A DNA stretch of 64,000 bases from Candidatus Dadabacteria bacterium (GCA_963805855.1 CAWDVW010000005.1:992001-1056000); one strand, 5' to 3'; shown: positions 42,071 to 52,279, counted from the first letter of the stretch. The notes: generated by a model from the letters alone, not told the origin. Numbers and translations: made by a program.

Positions 42071-43027
42071 ATGAGACAATTGAGTCCAGTCGCAAAAGCG
42101 CCATATCTTATATTCTTTTTGATCTTAACTACTTTTGGATGTAGCCATAACAATGGTTCGTTAAGCAAAAACAATACTTTTATCAAACAGGCGTCGGCCG
42201 TAGTTTCAATAACAAATCCGGATTTTGTTATTCAACCCCCAGTCACCTTTACGTGGCTACCTGAGCCGATCCAGGTATTCGAGGACCCTCGCTCCAACGA
42301 GTTGCCAATCCAGGAGACATTTCGGAAAGCCATAGCTGAGTCGTTGACAAATAGAGGCTATGCATTTAAGCAATCAACAATAGCTTGGAAATCCGGGCCC
42401 TCTTCAGTCCGTAAAAAAGCAGATATCGAGCCTAAAGACCTTATTCTGGTGAAAGACTGGGAGTGGGCGGGACCTAGTTTTGGCGCGGGAGGAATTCTGA
42501 AAGAGATTACTCTCGAAAACACGAGTAAAGAAAACCTTGCGGATCTGAGACTGAAAATTGATTACCTTGGCACAACCGGTCCTAAGGAAGGATACGGTGG
42601 CCCGACAAGCATTTTTGTAATCCACGATTCCCTGCCCGCAAAAAGTATAAAGACCTTCAAGGAAATAAATGTTGGATTTCGACACCCTGATGAGAAGAGA
42701 GAACAAATAATCGTATTAAATGCAAAAAGAATTCCCAGCGATTTGTTGATAGGTTTTACGCTGGCTCTTGAAAGCGCGCTCAGTGATCAGGAAATATCCC
42801 AAAATTATGACATTGCTCCAGGACTGTCGAGTAATAAAGATAATCCAAATGATTATCAAAAGGGTACGGTAATAATCGACGTAGCAGATGCTGAGAGCAG
42901 AACGCTCATTTGGAGAGGCGCCTTGCAGGCGCTCGCGAGTTCCGATATTCCAGAGGACGTGCGACGGGAGAGAATTAATAAAGCCGTAAAGATATTAATT
43001 GACAATTTTATTGACTCGACTAAATAA
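42071..43027 (+). CDS. DUF4136-like lipoprotein with an internal inserted domain
   Basis: lipobox-like TFGC; TFTW, LTNRGY, YQKGTVIIDVAD..LIWRG, INKAV. Confidence 0.65.
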   Translation: MRQLSPVAKAPYLIFFLILTTFGCSHNNGSLSKNNTFIKQASAVVSITNPDFVIQPPVTFTWLPEPIQVFEDPRSNELPIQETFRKAIAESLTNRGYAFKQSTIAWKSGPSSVRKKADIEPKDLILVKDWEWAGPSFGAGGILKEITLENTSKENLADLRLKIDYLGTTGPKEGYGGPTSIFVIHDSLPAKSIKTFKEINVGFRHPDEKREQIIVLNAKRIPSDLLIGFTLALESALSDQEISQNYDIAPGLSSNKDNPNDYQKGTVIIDVADAESRTLIWRGALQALASSDIPEDVRRERINKAVKILIDNFIDSTK

Positions 43028-43064
43028 AATGTAATTAAGAGTCGTCAGGACCTACGGTGATACA

Positions 43065-45014
43065 TCAATCGATTGAGCTGTGTTCCTGTTTGGTCACGGC
43101 TGGTTGCTGTTGGGTAATACAATGAATCGTCCCCAATCCATATAACAGGTCTGTGCAGTTGATACCGATAACCTTCCTGTCCGGAAATTGATCTCTAATA
43201 ATCCTTAATGCCAATTTGTCGTTCTCGTGTCGAAAGGTTGGAACTAAAACTACCTTATTGGCAATATAAAAGTTGAGGTAACTCGCGGGAAGTCTAATGT
43301 TCCTACCCCGGACAACCCTGCGAATTGGATGAGGCATCGGCAATTTTATGACATTTAGTTTATTTCCGCCTTGATCCTTTGATTTAAGCAGTATCTGATA
43401 GTTATCTTTCAGGACAGAATAGTTCTCGTCTTTTTCATTCCCCTCATAAGCACACAAGACGGTCCTCGGATTGACAAAGCGAGCGAGATTATCGATGTGG
43501 CCGTCAGTATCATCTCCTACAATGCCTGATTTTAGCCATATGATGTGACTCACTCCGAAATAGTTCATCAAATATTTTTCCATGTCTCTTTTTGAGAGAC
43601 TAGGATTTCTGCTATGGTTCAAGAGACATTGCTCAGTCGTTAGCAGAGTCCCTTTACCATTGACATCAACCGAGCCTCCTTCAAGGATTATCCCAGGCCT
43701 GCAATAAGCCAAATGGGTTTCCTGACCTATGATATAAGGGATTTGGGTATCTCTAATAAGATCCTTATATTTCTCTCCCCATGCGTTAAATATCCAGTGA
43801 ACAATCGCCATCTGCTTTTTGCGCGTATTAACTACGAATATTGGGCCATAGTCCCTAAACCAGACATCGGCATAATCCCATACATGGAAGTTGACTGCCT
43901 TTAAATCAATATTACTATTCTTTGAGAAAGCCTTAACCTTGGCTTTCATATTCAAATCCCTCACAAAAAGATTGATTGTCTCACCGCTATGCAGGGCTTC
44001 AATTATTTCGAGATATTTTTTCTCGACCTTTTTTACTCTACGAGGAAATGTCTCCGGGTCATGGGGCCATGACAACCAGGTCGCCTCGTGATTTTCCCAT
44101 TCGGCAGGCATGATGTATCCTGACTCCTTGGGTGTGTCATTCAAGATAGGCGAACCGATCAAGCCATAGGTCTCGGGACGTCGGTTCTTAATGAATCCCC
44201 AACCTTCCTGAATGCGTTTGTTTTGGCTAATATCCAAATCTGCAATCAAAACTTCCTCATCTTTCTCACTTGCCCTTTTGAGTACCTTTCCAAACGCATC
44301 GCAGACAAAGGATGATCCCCAGAAGCTTATTTTACCTTCCCTTCCTACCCGGTTAACGACGGCAATATGCACTCCATTTGCTATGGCATGGGAACGCTGA
44401 ATAGTCTCCCAGGCGGAAATCCATTCTGAGTAAGATAGGGAATCGCCTTCGAGATACCCAATTGCAGAGGGATAAAAGATAACATCCGCACCTTGAAGGG
44501 AATTGTTTCGCGCAGCTTCAGGGAACCATTGATCATAGCAAATTAGTACGCCAAAAGTCAGATTGTGTGTATTAAATACACGATAACCGGAGTCGCTCTC
44601 TTCAAAATAGCTCTTCTCATAAAAAAAGGGATCATGCGGGATATGTGTCTTCCGGTATGCACCGAGAAGTGTCCCGTCCGCATCAATCACGGCAGCAGTG
44701 TTGTGGAAGTTGCCGCCAGAATCTACTTCAAAGATAGGTGCAATGATTACTACATTTAATTCCTTTGCTAGGCCCGATAAGACGGATGTCGATTCCCCGG
44801 GAATAGTCTCGGCCAAAAGCGCGACATCTTTTCTCTCATCAACCGGAAAATACTTGGTTCTGTATAATTCTTGAAGACAGATAAACTGCGCGCCCCTTTT
44901 AGCCGCTTCTCTTATTTTGGCTATAGTTTTTTTCACATTAAGGGCGATATTATTTGAGACACGAGTCTGCACAAGTCCGATAGTAACGATATTCTTATTT
45001 CTTTTCGTCAGCAT
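43065..45014 (-). CDS. fused N-carbamoylputrescine amidase (CN hydrolase) + agmatine deiminase
   Basis: N-half CLQEL/YRKTHIP/ICYDQWFPE; C-half MPAEWE, WFRDYGP, EGG, DDTDGHID, GTIHCITQQQP. Confidence 0.9.
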   Translation of the reverse strand: MLTKRNKNIVTIGLVQTRVSNNIALNVKKTIAKIREAAKRGAQFICLQELYRTKYFPVDERKDVALLAETIPGESTSVLSGLAKELNVVIIAPIFEVDSGGNFHNTAAVIDADGTLLGAYRKTHIPHDPFFYEKSYFEESDSGYRVFNTHNLTFGVLICYDQWFPEAARNNSLQGADVIFYPSAIGYLEGDSLSYSEWISAWETIQRSHAIANGVHIAVVNRVGREGKISFWGSSFVCDAFGKVLKRASEKDEEVLIADLDISQNKRIQEGWGFIKNRRPETYGLIGSPILNDTPKESGYIMPAEWENHEATWLSWPHDPETFPRRVKKVEKKYLEIIEALHSGETINLFVRDLNMKAKVKAFSKNSNIDLKAVNFHVWDYADVWFRDYGPIFVVNTRKKQMAIVHWIFNAWGEKYKDLIRDTQIPYIIGQETHLAYCRPGIILEGGSVDVNGKGTLLTTEQCLLNHSRNPSLSKRDMEKYLMNYFGVSHIIWLKSGIVGDDTDGHIDNLARFVNPRTVLCAYEGNEKDENYSVLKDNYQILLKSKDQGGNKLNVIKLPMPHPIRRVVRGRNIRLPASYLNFYIANKVVLVPTFRHENDKLALRIIRDQFPDRKVIGINCTDLLYGLGTIHCITQQQPAVTKQEHSSID

Positions 45015-45248
45015 AATGAGAGACTTTAATTTAACATATTTATTTTCATTATCATTGTTTGCGTAACTAACAAGAATTAAGCTCTGTCCACCGCGCCTCG
45101 GGGTGGCACGCATTGAGGCCTTTGGGGCTCATTTTATAAAAGATGAGGAACACTATGTATTATTTTCCCCGTTTAAAAAAAAAGGCACACAGAAACATAA
45201 ATTGAGACAAGATCGATTTATATGCTCGGCTTAACTTGATAAAAGTTA

Positions 45249-45276
45249 TTGCATAAGCTTATGAAATGTGTATAAT
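45249..45276 (+). promoter_or_regulatory. putative sigma70 promoter of the glucan phosphorylase gene
   Basis: TTGCAT-N16-TATAAT. Confidence 0.4.
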
Positions 45277-45402
45277 GTCAGCTTAGGAGAGTTTAAATTC
45301 AGCCAAGTGAGGATGGTTAGCCCTTCTAGATAAATACTATTTAGGTTCAAGGTTCATACAGATATTGCTTAATTTATTCCCATAAAGTCATTCGAGCCAG
45401 GT

Positions 45403-47106
45403 ATGACTGAATTTTCAAAACGAAAAATAGCCTACTTTTCCATGGAAATAGCTGTTAATCCGGGCATGCCGACTTACAGCGGTGGCCTGGGTATGTTGGC
45501 GGGTGATACAATTCGCTCCGCTGCCGACCTCAAAGTTCCCATTGTAGCTGTGTCATTACTACATAGGAAAGGGTATTTTTATCAAAGGCTTGATCCAAAT
45601 GGGTGGCAAAGAGAGGAACCGGCAGAATGGGTAGTAGAAGATTTCCTGGTAGAAATGCCTGAAAGAGTTTCGGTTCTAATTGAGGGCAGGTCAGTTCACA
45701 TTCGCGCGTGGAAATACCTGGTCACAGGAATAGCAAGCTTCGAAGTACCGGTTTATTTTCTTGATACTTATCTTCCAGAGAACTCCGAATCGGACAAAAC
45801 GTTGACACATTACCTTTATGGAGGAGATCAAAGGTACAGACTCTGTCAGGAAGTCATTTTAGGTACCGGCGGGGTCAGGATGCTTCGTGCACTAGGGTAT
45901 AGAGATATAGGGCGATTTCACATGAATGAAGGTCATTCGAGCCTTTTGACGCTTGAGCTTCTCAATGAAGAAAGTAAAGGTGAACAAAATGGCACCTTTA
46001 CCATTGAAAACATAGAGTCCGTGAAAAAGAGATGCGTTTTTACCACTCATACCCCTGTCCCTGCAGGGCATGATCAGTTTCCGTTGGAGATAGTTAAGGA
46101 TATCATTGGTCTTAAAGCTTCAAATGGCATCAAAGACATCATCAGCTGCAACGGACTACTTAACATGACCCATCTGGCGTTAAATCTGAGTAGTTATATA
46201 AACGGTGTCGCAAAAAAACATGGCGAAACCTCGAACCTTATGTTCGATGGTTATCATGTTGATGCAATAACAAATGGCATTCACGCGCCTACTTGGGTTT
46301 CAAACTATTTCAAAGAACTTTTTGATCGATATGCGCAAGACTGGATGCAGGATAACTTCAACCTCAGGCACGCATTGAACATTCCTAATTCTGAATTATG
46401 GGATGCGCATGTAAAGGCGAAACAAGAATTGATCGATCATGTGAACAGGGAAACGAATGTTGGATTGGACCTGGATCATCTCACGATTGGATTAGCTAGA
46501 AGGGCTACTAGATATAAGAGGACGGATCTTATTTTCACTGATATCGAAAGATTGAAAGGTATCTCAACTGAAATCGGTCCCATTCAGATCATCATTTCAG
46601 GAAAGGCTCATCCAAAAGATCATGATGGAAAGGAATTAATACATCGAATATATGAAGTCAAAAAATTGCTCCAAGGAGAAGTCAAGATCTCCTACCTTGA
46701 GAATTATGATATGGTCCTTTCTAAAAAGATAATCGCCGGTGTCGATGTCTGGCTTAACACACCCCAACCTCCTCTCGAAGCATCGGGAACAAGCGGAATG
46801 AAAGCAGCATTAAATGGGGTACCAAGCTTAAGCGTCCTGGACGGATGGTGGATAGAAGGATGCATTGAAGGGATTACGGGCTGGTCTATAGGCGAAAATG
46901 GTCGAAAAATCGATCAAAATAAAGACCAGACCTACGATGATGCCATATCCCTCTACCATAAACTCGAGCAGGTCGTTCTTCCACTATTCTACAATGACCG
47001 GGATAGCTTCATAGATGTAATGCGAAACGCTATAGCTTTAAACGCATCATTTTTCAATACTCAGAGGATGCTTAAAGAATACGTACTAAGAGCCTACTTA
47101 AGTTGA
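45403..47106 (+). CDS. glgP: alpha-glucan phosphorylase
   Basis: [40 protein letters not shown]. Confidence 0.94.
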   Translation: MTEFSKRKIAYFSMEIAVNPGMPTYSGGLGMLAGDTIRSAADLKVPIVAVSLLHRKGYFYQRLDPNGWQREEPAEWVVEDFLVEMPERVSVLIEGRSVHIRAWKYLVTGIASFEVPVYFLDTYLPENSESDKTLTHYLYGGDQRYRLCQEVILGTGGVRMLRALGYRDIGRFHMNEGHSSLLTLELLNEESKGEQNGTFTIENIESVKKRCVFTTHTPVPAGHDQFPLEIVKDIIGLKASNGIKDIISCNGLLNMTHLALNLSSYINGVAKKHGETSNLMFDGYHVDAITNGIHAPTWVSNYFKELFDRYAQDWMQDNFNLRHALNIPNSELWDAHVKAKQELIDHVNRETNVGLDLDHLTIGLARRATRYKRTDLIFTDIERLKGISTEIGPIQIIISGKAHPKDHDGKELIHRIYEVKKLLQGEVKISYLENYDMVLSKKIIAGVDVWLNTPQPPLEASGTSGMKAALNGVPSLSVLDGWWIEGCIEGITGWSIGENGRKIDQNKDQTYDDAISLYHKLEQVVLPLFYNDRDSFIDVMRNAIALNASFFNTQRMLKEYVLRAYLS

Positions 47107-47138
47107 TTGGTGATAATTTGTGACAGATGTGACCACTT

Positions 47139-47277
47139 TCTTATCACTATATCCATCAATATACGACAAATATCTCTCCTTACCCCTGTCTTCACTAAAT
47201 ATGTTTCGTTAGTTATTCCCCCTCTGGGTTATGTGATATGGGCTGTTCGGTATTACTATCCTTGCTATTCTCGGCAT
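47139..47277 (-). pseudogene. N-terminal remnant of a second Y1/RAYT-type transposase
   Basis: manual translation MPRIARIVIPNSPYHITQRGNN*RNIFSEDRGKERYLSYI; flanked by TGTGACCACTTTC at 47128-47140 and 47336-47348. Confidence 0.8.
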
Positions 47278-47348
47278 AGATTAATTCTCAAATAATATTG
47301 GCGTCTTTTAACTTAATTAGTGTCTGTCACCACTTTGTGACCACTTTC

Positions 47349-47825
47349 CTAGATCAAATTCCTATCAAGTGTTCTGTATTGTATAGCTTCAGAGATGTGG
47401 CGTGATCGGACCTGCTCGGAGCCTTCGAGATCGGAGATAGTTCGTGCGACTTTTAGAATCCTGTCATATGCCCTGGCGCTCAGCCCAAATTTGTTTATCG
47501 CGGTCTCTAGAAGCTTATGTCCAGCCTCATCGGGCTTTGAAAACTTCCTAACAACCCTCGGTGGCATCTGCGAGTTAGAGTGGATCTTCATCCTCCCGAA
47601 CCTGTCCTTTTGAATCCCCCGCGCACCATTCACTCTTCTCCTTATCTCAGAAGATGTCTCACCCCTATCCTCGCCGGAAAGCTCTTTGTACCTGACGGGT
47701 GGGACCTCAATATGAATATCAATTCTATCCAGGAGCGAACCCGAGACTTTTGCTCTATATTTTTGAATCAGAATGGGAGAACACGTGCATTCCTTAAGCG
47801 GGTCTCCATAGTACCCGCACGGGGA
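47349..47825 (-). pseudogene. comM: 3' fragment of ComM/YifB Mg-chelatase-like ATPase
   Basis: PCGYYGD..CTC..VSGSLLDRIDIHIEV..GLSARAYDRILKVARTISDL..EAIQYR; in-frame stop and no start codon just upstream of PCGY. Confidence 0.88.
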
Positions 47826-48200
47826 TCCCTGAGGTTAACAATCAAACCAAATTTGCTCTAGAGTTTGCTAAGTCTTATAACATCAATAGGGCTAGGAATT
47901 TGAAATATGGTCATGATAATTACCACGAGTCGATTAAAACTCTTCATATTAGAAAACTTAAATCTCAACTTTAAATCCTAAAATGAACAATAAAATATTT
48001 TTCGCTCGATGGCGCAATATAAATTTTATCGAGACCACTTAATTGTGCCCTTTCTATTGTAACCTTATAATTATATTTTAATTAATATATAATAATTATT
48101 GACTTTTGCCGATGTTTAAACGTATATTTTTGAATAAATAAAGGAAAAAAGAGTTAAGGATTCTGGCTAATACTCGAAAAAAGAAAATTAAGCCACTAGT

Positions 48201-48651
48201 ATGGAACATTTCCGTAACCTAACTAATGATTTAGAAATATCATATACGATTACTCGAGCAGTTCATAAGTACCTTGATTTAGACGAGGTTTTTAAAATCG
48301 CACTAGATATGACGATTGCTTTAGAAAATGTAGATATGGCATTTATTTATCTCGTTGATTTTGGTAGAAAAGAAGCAGTCCTCCGAGCTCAAAGAAATGT
48401 TCCTAAAGATTACATAAAAAGGGCTGGAAGTATACCTTATCCTAAAGGCATAACCTGGAAGATAATTGATTCAGGGAAAGCAATAAATATCGAAGACATT
48501 CAAAAGGATCGATATGTTGGTCCGGCAGGAAGGAAGCTTGGGCATCACGGCGTGCTAGGGATACCGATCACAATTGAGGACAAAGTTATTGGAGTCATTT
48601 ATTTTGCAAGCTACAAAGAACGTCAATTTAGAGCTCAAGAAGTCGATCCTA
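48201..48651 (+). CDS. GAF-domain signalling protein, truncated at the chimeric junction
   Basis: LDLDEVF, AFIYLVD, GITWKII, GIPI...VIGVIYFAS...F. Confidence 0.75.
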
Positions 48652-48699
48652 AGCAATAACGGTTCTATGTACGTGTACACCTTAAACCATCGTATTGCT
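48652..48699. other. chimeric junction with Nanopore adapter-like remnant
   Basis: AGCAATAACG...TGTAC...CGTATTGCT; abrupt GC shift; genes on both sides are cut. Confidence 0.88.
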
Positions 48700-48898
48700 G
48701 ATCGAGCGGCCTGTGGCCGGCGCAGCTGCCTCACTACGGACAGCCACCGGCCGAGCTGGCACCATCTCCGCGACCGACGCCATTGTGGCCGCGTATGCGG
48801 ACACCTGCCCCGAGCCGATGGTCCTCACCACCGACCCTGCCGACCTGACCGCACTCGCGGGACATGCCCAACGTCGCATCACCGTCGTTCCAAGCTGA
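48700..48898 (+). CDS. PIN-domain (VapC-like) protein, C-terminal part
   Basis: SATDAIVAAYA...VLTTDPADL. Confidence 0.7.
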
Positions 48899-48930
48899 CC
48901 GAGGAAACCGGCATCGTCGTCCGCTACTCG

Positions 48931-50767
48931 GACCCTGTTGGCGAATCCTGTGACACGCTCTCGATCTGCACGGCGTTGATCTTCCGGGGCGGCATGATCT
49001 TGGCCGCGGTTGGCCTTCCCCCGTTCCCGGCCGCAGAATGGGCTTGTCATGTCGCTTCAGCCGCGCCGCTTGCCGGGGGTTCCCGCCGACACCGCCAGGG
49101 CGGCCAAGGCCGCGTTCCCCAAGGGCAGCCTGGCGATCCGGATCCGTGACGAGCTGGGTGAGGTGTGGTCCGACCAGCGGTTCCAAGACCTGTTCGGGAA
49201 CCGCGGCAGGCCGGGGATCTCCCCAGCCCAGCTGATGATCGTGCTGGTGCTGGCCATGGTGGAGAACCTGACCGACCGGCAAGCGGCCGACATGGCCCGC
49301 CGTGCGATCGACTGGAAGTACGCGCTCGGGCTGGCGTTGGACGATCCGGGGTTCGACTTCACGGTGCTCTCGGAGTTCCGGGCCCGGCTGGTCGCGGGGT
49401 CGATGGAGACCGAGGCGCTCGACGCGCTGCTGATCGCGCTGGCGGGACGGGGACTGGTCAAATCGGGCGGCCGGCAGCGCACCGACTCCACCCACGTGCT
49501 GGGCCGGCTGCGCAGCCTCAACCGGCTGGAACTGGCCGGGGAGAGCATCCGCGCGGCGCTGGAGGCGCTGGCCGCCGCCGCGCCGGCCTGGCTGGCCGGT
49601 GTGATCGACGAACAGTGGGCAGGGGTGTACGGAAGCCGCATCGACAACCTGCACCTGCCGCAGAGCGACACCAAACGCGCCGCGCTGGCGCTGTCCTACG
49701 GCCGCGACGGCTACCGTCTGCTGGAGGCGGTCTACGCCGCCGGCGCGCCGGCATGGCTGGCTGAGCTGCCCGCGGTCGAGACCCTGCGCCGGATCTGGGT
49801 ACAGCAGTACTACCGGGTCATCGACGAGGCCGGGGAGCAGGTGATCCGGCGGGAAGCGACCGAGCAGGGGCTCCCGCCGGGCAGATCGAGGCTGGTCTCC
49901 CCCTACGACCTGGATGCCCGCTACAGCGAGAAACGCGGCACGGGCTGGACCGGCTACAAGGCCCACCTCACCGAGACCTGCTCCACCTCCGGCGAGGACG
50001 ACCCGGACACCGGCCGACCCGCCGCACCGAACCTGATCACCCATGTGGCCACCACCGCGGCCACCGTGCCGGATGTGGCGATGACCGAACCCATCCACGA
50101 CAGCCTCGACGCGAAGGACCTGCTCCCCGGCGAGCACGTCGTGGATGCCGGCTACACCTCCGCCGACCTGCTGCTCACCGCCCGGGCCCGCGGGGTCACC
50201 CTGCTCGGCCCGTTGCTGGCCGACACCTCCCCCCAGGCGCGGGCCGGCGGCTACACCACCGCCGCGTTCACCATCGACTGGGACACCCACCAGGTCCGCT
50301 GCCCGCAAGGCGCCACCAGCACCGGCTGGAGCCCGTGCACCCAACGCGGCACCGAAGCCATCGTGGTCAGGTTCGACGCCGCCACCTGCCGGGCATGCCC
50401 GGCGAAACCCCGGTGCACCACCGCCACCCGGACCGGACGCCAGCTGTCGCTGCGCCCCCGCCACGTCCACGAGGCCGTCGAGCAGGCCCGCGCCGAGCAG
50501 AGCAGCGACCAGTGGCAGCACGACTACAAGATCCGGGCCGGAGTCGAGGGCACCATGCGCCAGGCCACCCACGTCACCGGCATCCGCCGCGCCCGCTACC
50601 TGGGCCTGCCCAAGACCAGCCTGGAGCACAACCTCGCCGCCGCCGCGATCAACCTCATCCGCTACGACGCCTGGCTCACCGACAAGCCCATGGACAGGAC
50701 CCGAACCACACACCTGCAACGGATCTTCCCACGCGCTGCATGACGCCCAGAATTTGCCAACAGGGTC
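48931..50767 (+). mobile_element. IS1182-family insertion sequence
   Basis: IRL GACCCTGTTGGCGAATCCTG and IRR (reverse complement) GACCCTGTTGGCAAATTCTG match 18/20; TACTCG duplicated at 48925-30 and 50768-73. Confidence 0.92.
49049..50743 (+). CDS. IS1182-family DDE transposase
   Basis: LTDRQAA, DWKYALGL, QRTDSTH, GYKAHLTE, VDAGY, CxxC, RAGVEGT. Confidence 0.92.
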   Translation: MSLQPRRLPGVPADTARAAKAAFPKGSLAIRIRDELGEVWSDQRFQDLFGNRGRPGISPAQLMIVLVLAMVENLTDRQAADMARRAIDWKYALGLALDDPGFDFTVLSEFRARLVAGSMETEALDALLIALAGRGLVKSGGRQRTDSTHVLGRLRSLNRLELAGESIRAALEALAAAAPAWLAGVIDEQWAGVYGSRIDNLHLPQSDTKRAALALSYGRDGYRLLEAVYAAGAPAWLAELPAVETLRRIWVQQYYRVIDEAGEQVIRREATEQGLPPGRSRLVSPYDLDARYSEKRGTGWTGYKAHLTETCSTSGEDDPDTGRPAAPNLITHVATTAATVPDVAMTEPIHDSLDAKDLLPGEHVVDAGYTSADLLLTARARGVTLLGPLLADTSPQARAGGYTTAAFTIDWDTHQVRCPQGATSTGWSPCTQRGTEAIVVRFDAATCRACPAKPRCTTATRTGRQLSLRPRHVHEAVEQARAEQSSDQWQHDYKIRAGVEGTMRQATHVTGIRRARYLGLPKTSLEHNLAAAAINLIRYDAWLTDKPMDRTRTTHLQRIFPRAA

Positions 50768-50791
50768 TACTCGCACTCCAAAATCACCGAT

Positions 50792-50812
50792 GCCCAGGTC
50801 AGAGACCTGGGC
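50792..50812 (-). terminator. hairpin immediately downstream of ssrA
   Basis: GCCCAGGTC-AGA-GACCTGGGC, 9-bp perfect stem. Confidence 0.55.
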
Positions 50813-50821
50813 TTCGTCCAG

Positions 50822-51204
50822 TGGAGGTGCCGGGAATCGAACCCGGGTCCTCCGTCGCTTCACGAGGGCTTCTCCGTGCGCAGTCCGCTGTGCCTCTACT
50901 CGGATCCACCGGTCGCGCGGACGAGCCAGTGTGACGATCCCAGTCGCTGTGTGGTGTTCCCGCCTACCCCGCGACCGGGCGGACGGGTGAGTCCCCTAGC
51001 TGATGCCGGGGTCCGGGGCGGGGACGCCCCCGGTCCGACAGCTCGCTACTGGATCAGGCCGCGAGCGCGAGGCTCCTGCTGCGCCAGCGGTGCCGCTTTT
51101 CGGCGGCACTTATTTTTTTACGACGCATGGTTAACGAGATCATCGTCGTCTTCCTCGGCACGCTTCCCCTCGATCCGATTCCGGAGTCGAAACCGTTCAC
51201 CCCC
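50822..51204 (-). ncRNA. ssrA: tmRNA
   Basis: 5' GGGGGTGAACGGTTTCGAC; 3' CCCGGGTTCGATTCCCGGCACCTCCA; internal tag ORF ending LALAA*; near smpB. Confidence 0.96.
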
Positions 51205-51314
51205 TTGCGCCGCCCGTGCGGCGGCTGCACCAGGGTAACGCCTGGGGCCCGCCGGATCATCCCGGATCCACCCGACGGGCGTCCGGCCCGTCGAGCGGCG
51301 TCGACCTCGCCGGT

Positions 51315-52233
51315 CTAGCCGGACCGGCCCAGGAGGCGGGCCGGGGCGTCGTGCAGGACCGACCGCAGGAACGGGGCGCCGAGCCGGTCGTCCGCGGCCG
51401 CCCAGCTCGCGACGGCGCGCACCTGCTCGGCGTAGGCGTAGGGGATGTTCGGGAAGTCCGAGCCGAAGACGACCCGGTCCGCGACGTCCACGAGCCGGGC
51501 GGCCCAGTCGGGCGGCAGCGGGGCGAACGCCTCGGTGAACGGCGTGCCGACCATCGTCGTGTCGAGGTGGCAGTGCGGATGGCGGGCCAGCAGGTCGAGG
51601 GCGTCGGCGAAGTCGGGCAACCCCGCGTGCGCGAGCACGGCCCGCAGGCGGGGGTGCGCCGCGAGGACCTCGCCGAAGACGTCGAGCCCGGTGTGCACGC
51701 CACGGCGCGGGCCGTGGCCGCAGTGCACGACGACCGGGACGCCGGCCTCGGCGAGGAGGCCCCACGCGGGGGTCAGCAGCGGGTCGCGCGGGTCGAAGCC
51801 GCCGACCTGCACGTGCACCTTCGCGATCCGCGCGCCGGCCGTCGACCGCGGCGCCGAGGTAGTCGGCGACGTCCGGCTCGGGGAACAGCGTGGCGGTCGG
51901 CACGCGCGCCCGGGGTGGCGTCGGCGAAGGCCGTGACCCACCCGTTGAGCCAGCGCGCCATCCCGGCGCGGTGCGGATAGACCAGCGGCGCGAACGTCAC
52001 GACGCCGAGGTCCTTCAGGATGGCGACCCGGCGCTCGGCTCGGGCAGCCGGTAGTGCACCGGCCAGGGCATCCCGTAGTGCTCCTGCGCCTGGTCGAAGT
52101 ACCCCCACACCTTGCGCAGCACGTTCTCGGGCAGGAAGTGCACGTGGACGTCGACGATGCCGGGGACGCCGAGGTCGGCGAGGAACCGCGGGACGTCCGC
52201 GTCGTCGACCGGCGGAGCCGGAACGTCGGACAC
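51315..52233 (-). CDS. amidohydrolase_2 family protein (frameshifted, probably read errors)
   Basis: DVHVHF, KVHVQVG, VVHCG, LAHAG, FGSDFPNIPY spread over several frames. Confidence 0.8.
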
Positions 52234-52279
52234 CTCCGGCGGAGCCGGAACGTCGGACCGGCCTGCGGTGCGGGCACCG

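Noticed and set aside
48734-50863. 709-aa minus-strand ORF and the many other long overlapping ORFs from 49 to 64 kb
   Set aside because: Shadow ORFs expected at very high GC; they are antisense or off-frame to recognisable genes
52209-52258. 27-bp-period repeat as a CRISPR or regulatory array
   Set aside because: Only two copies with no spacers; it encodes SDVPAPP twice at the amidohydrolase N-terminus
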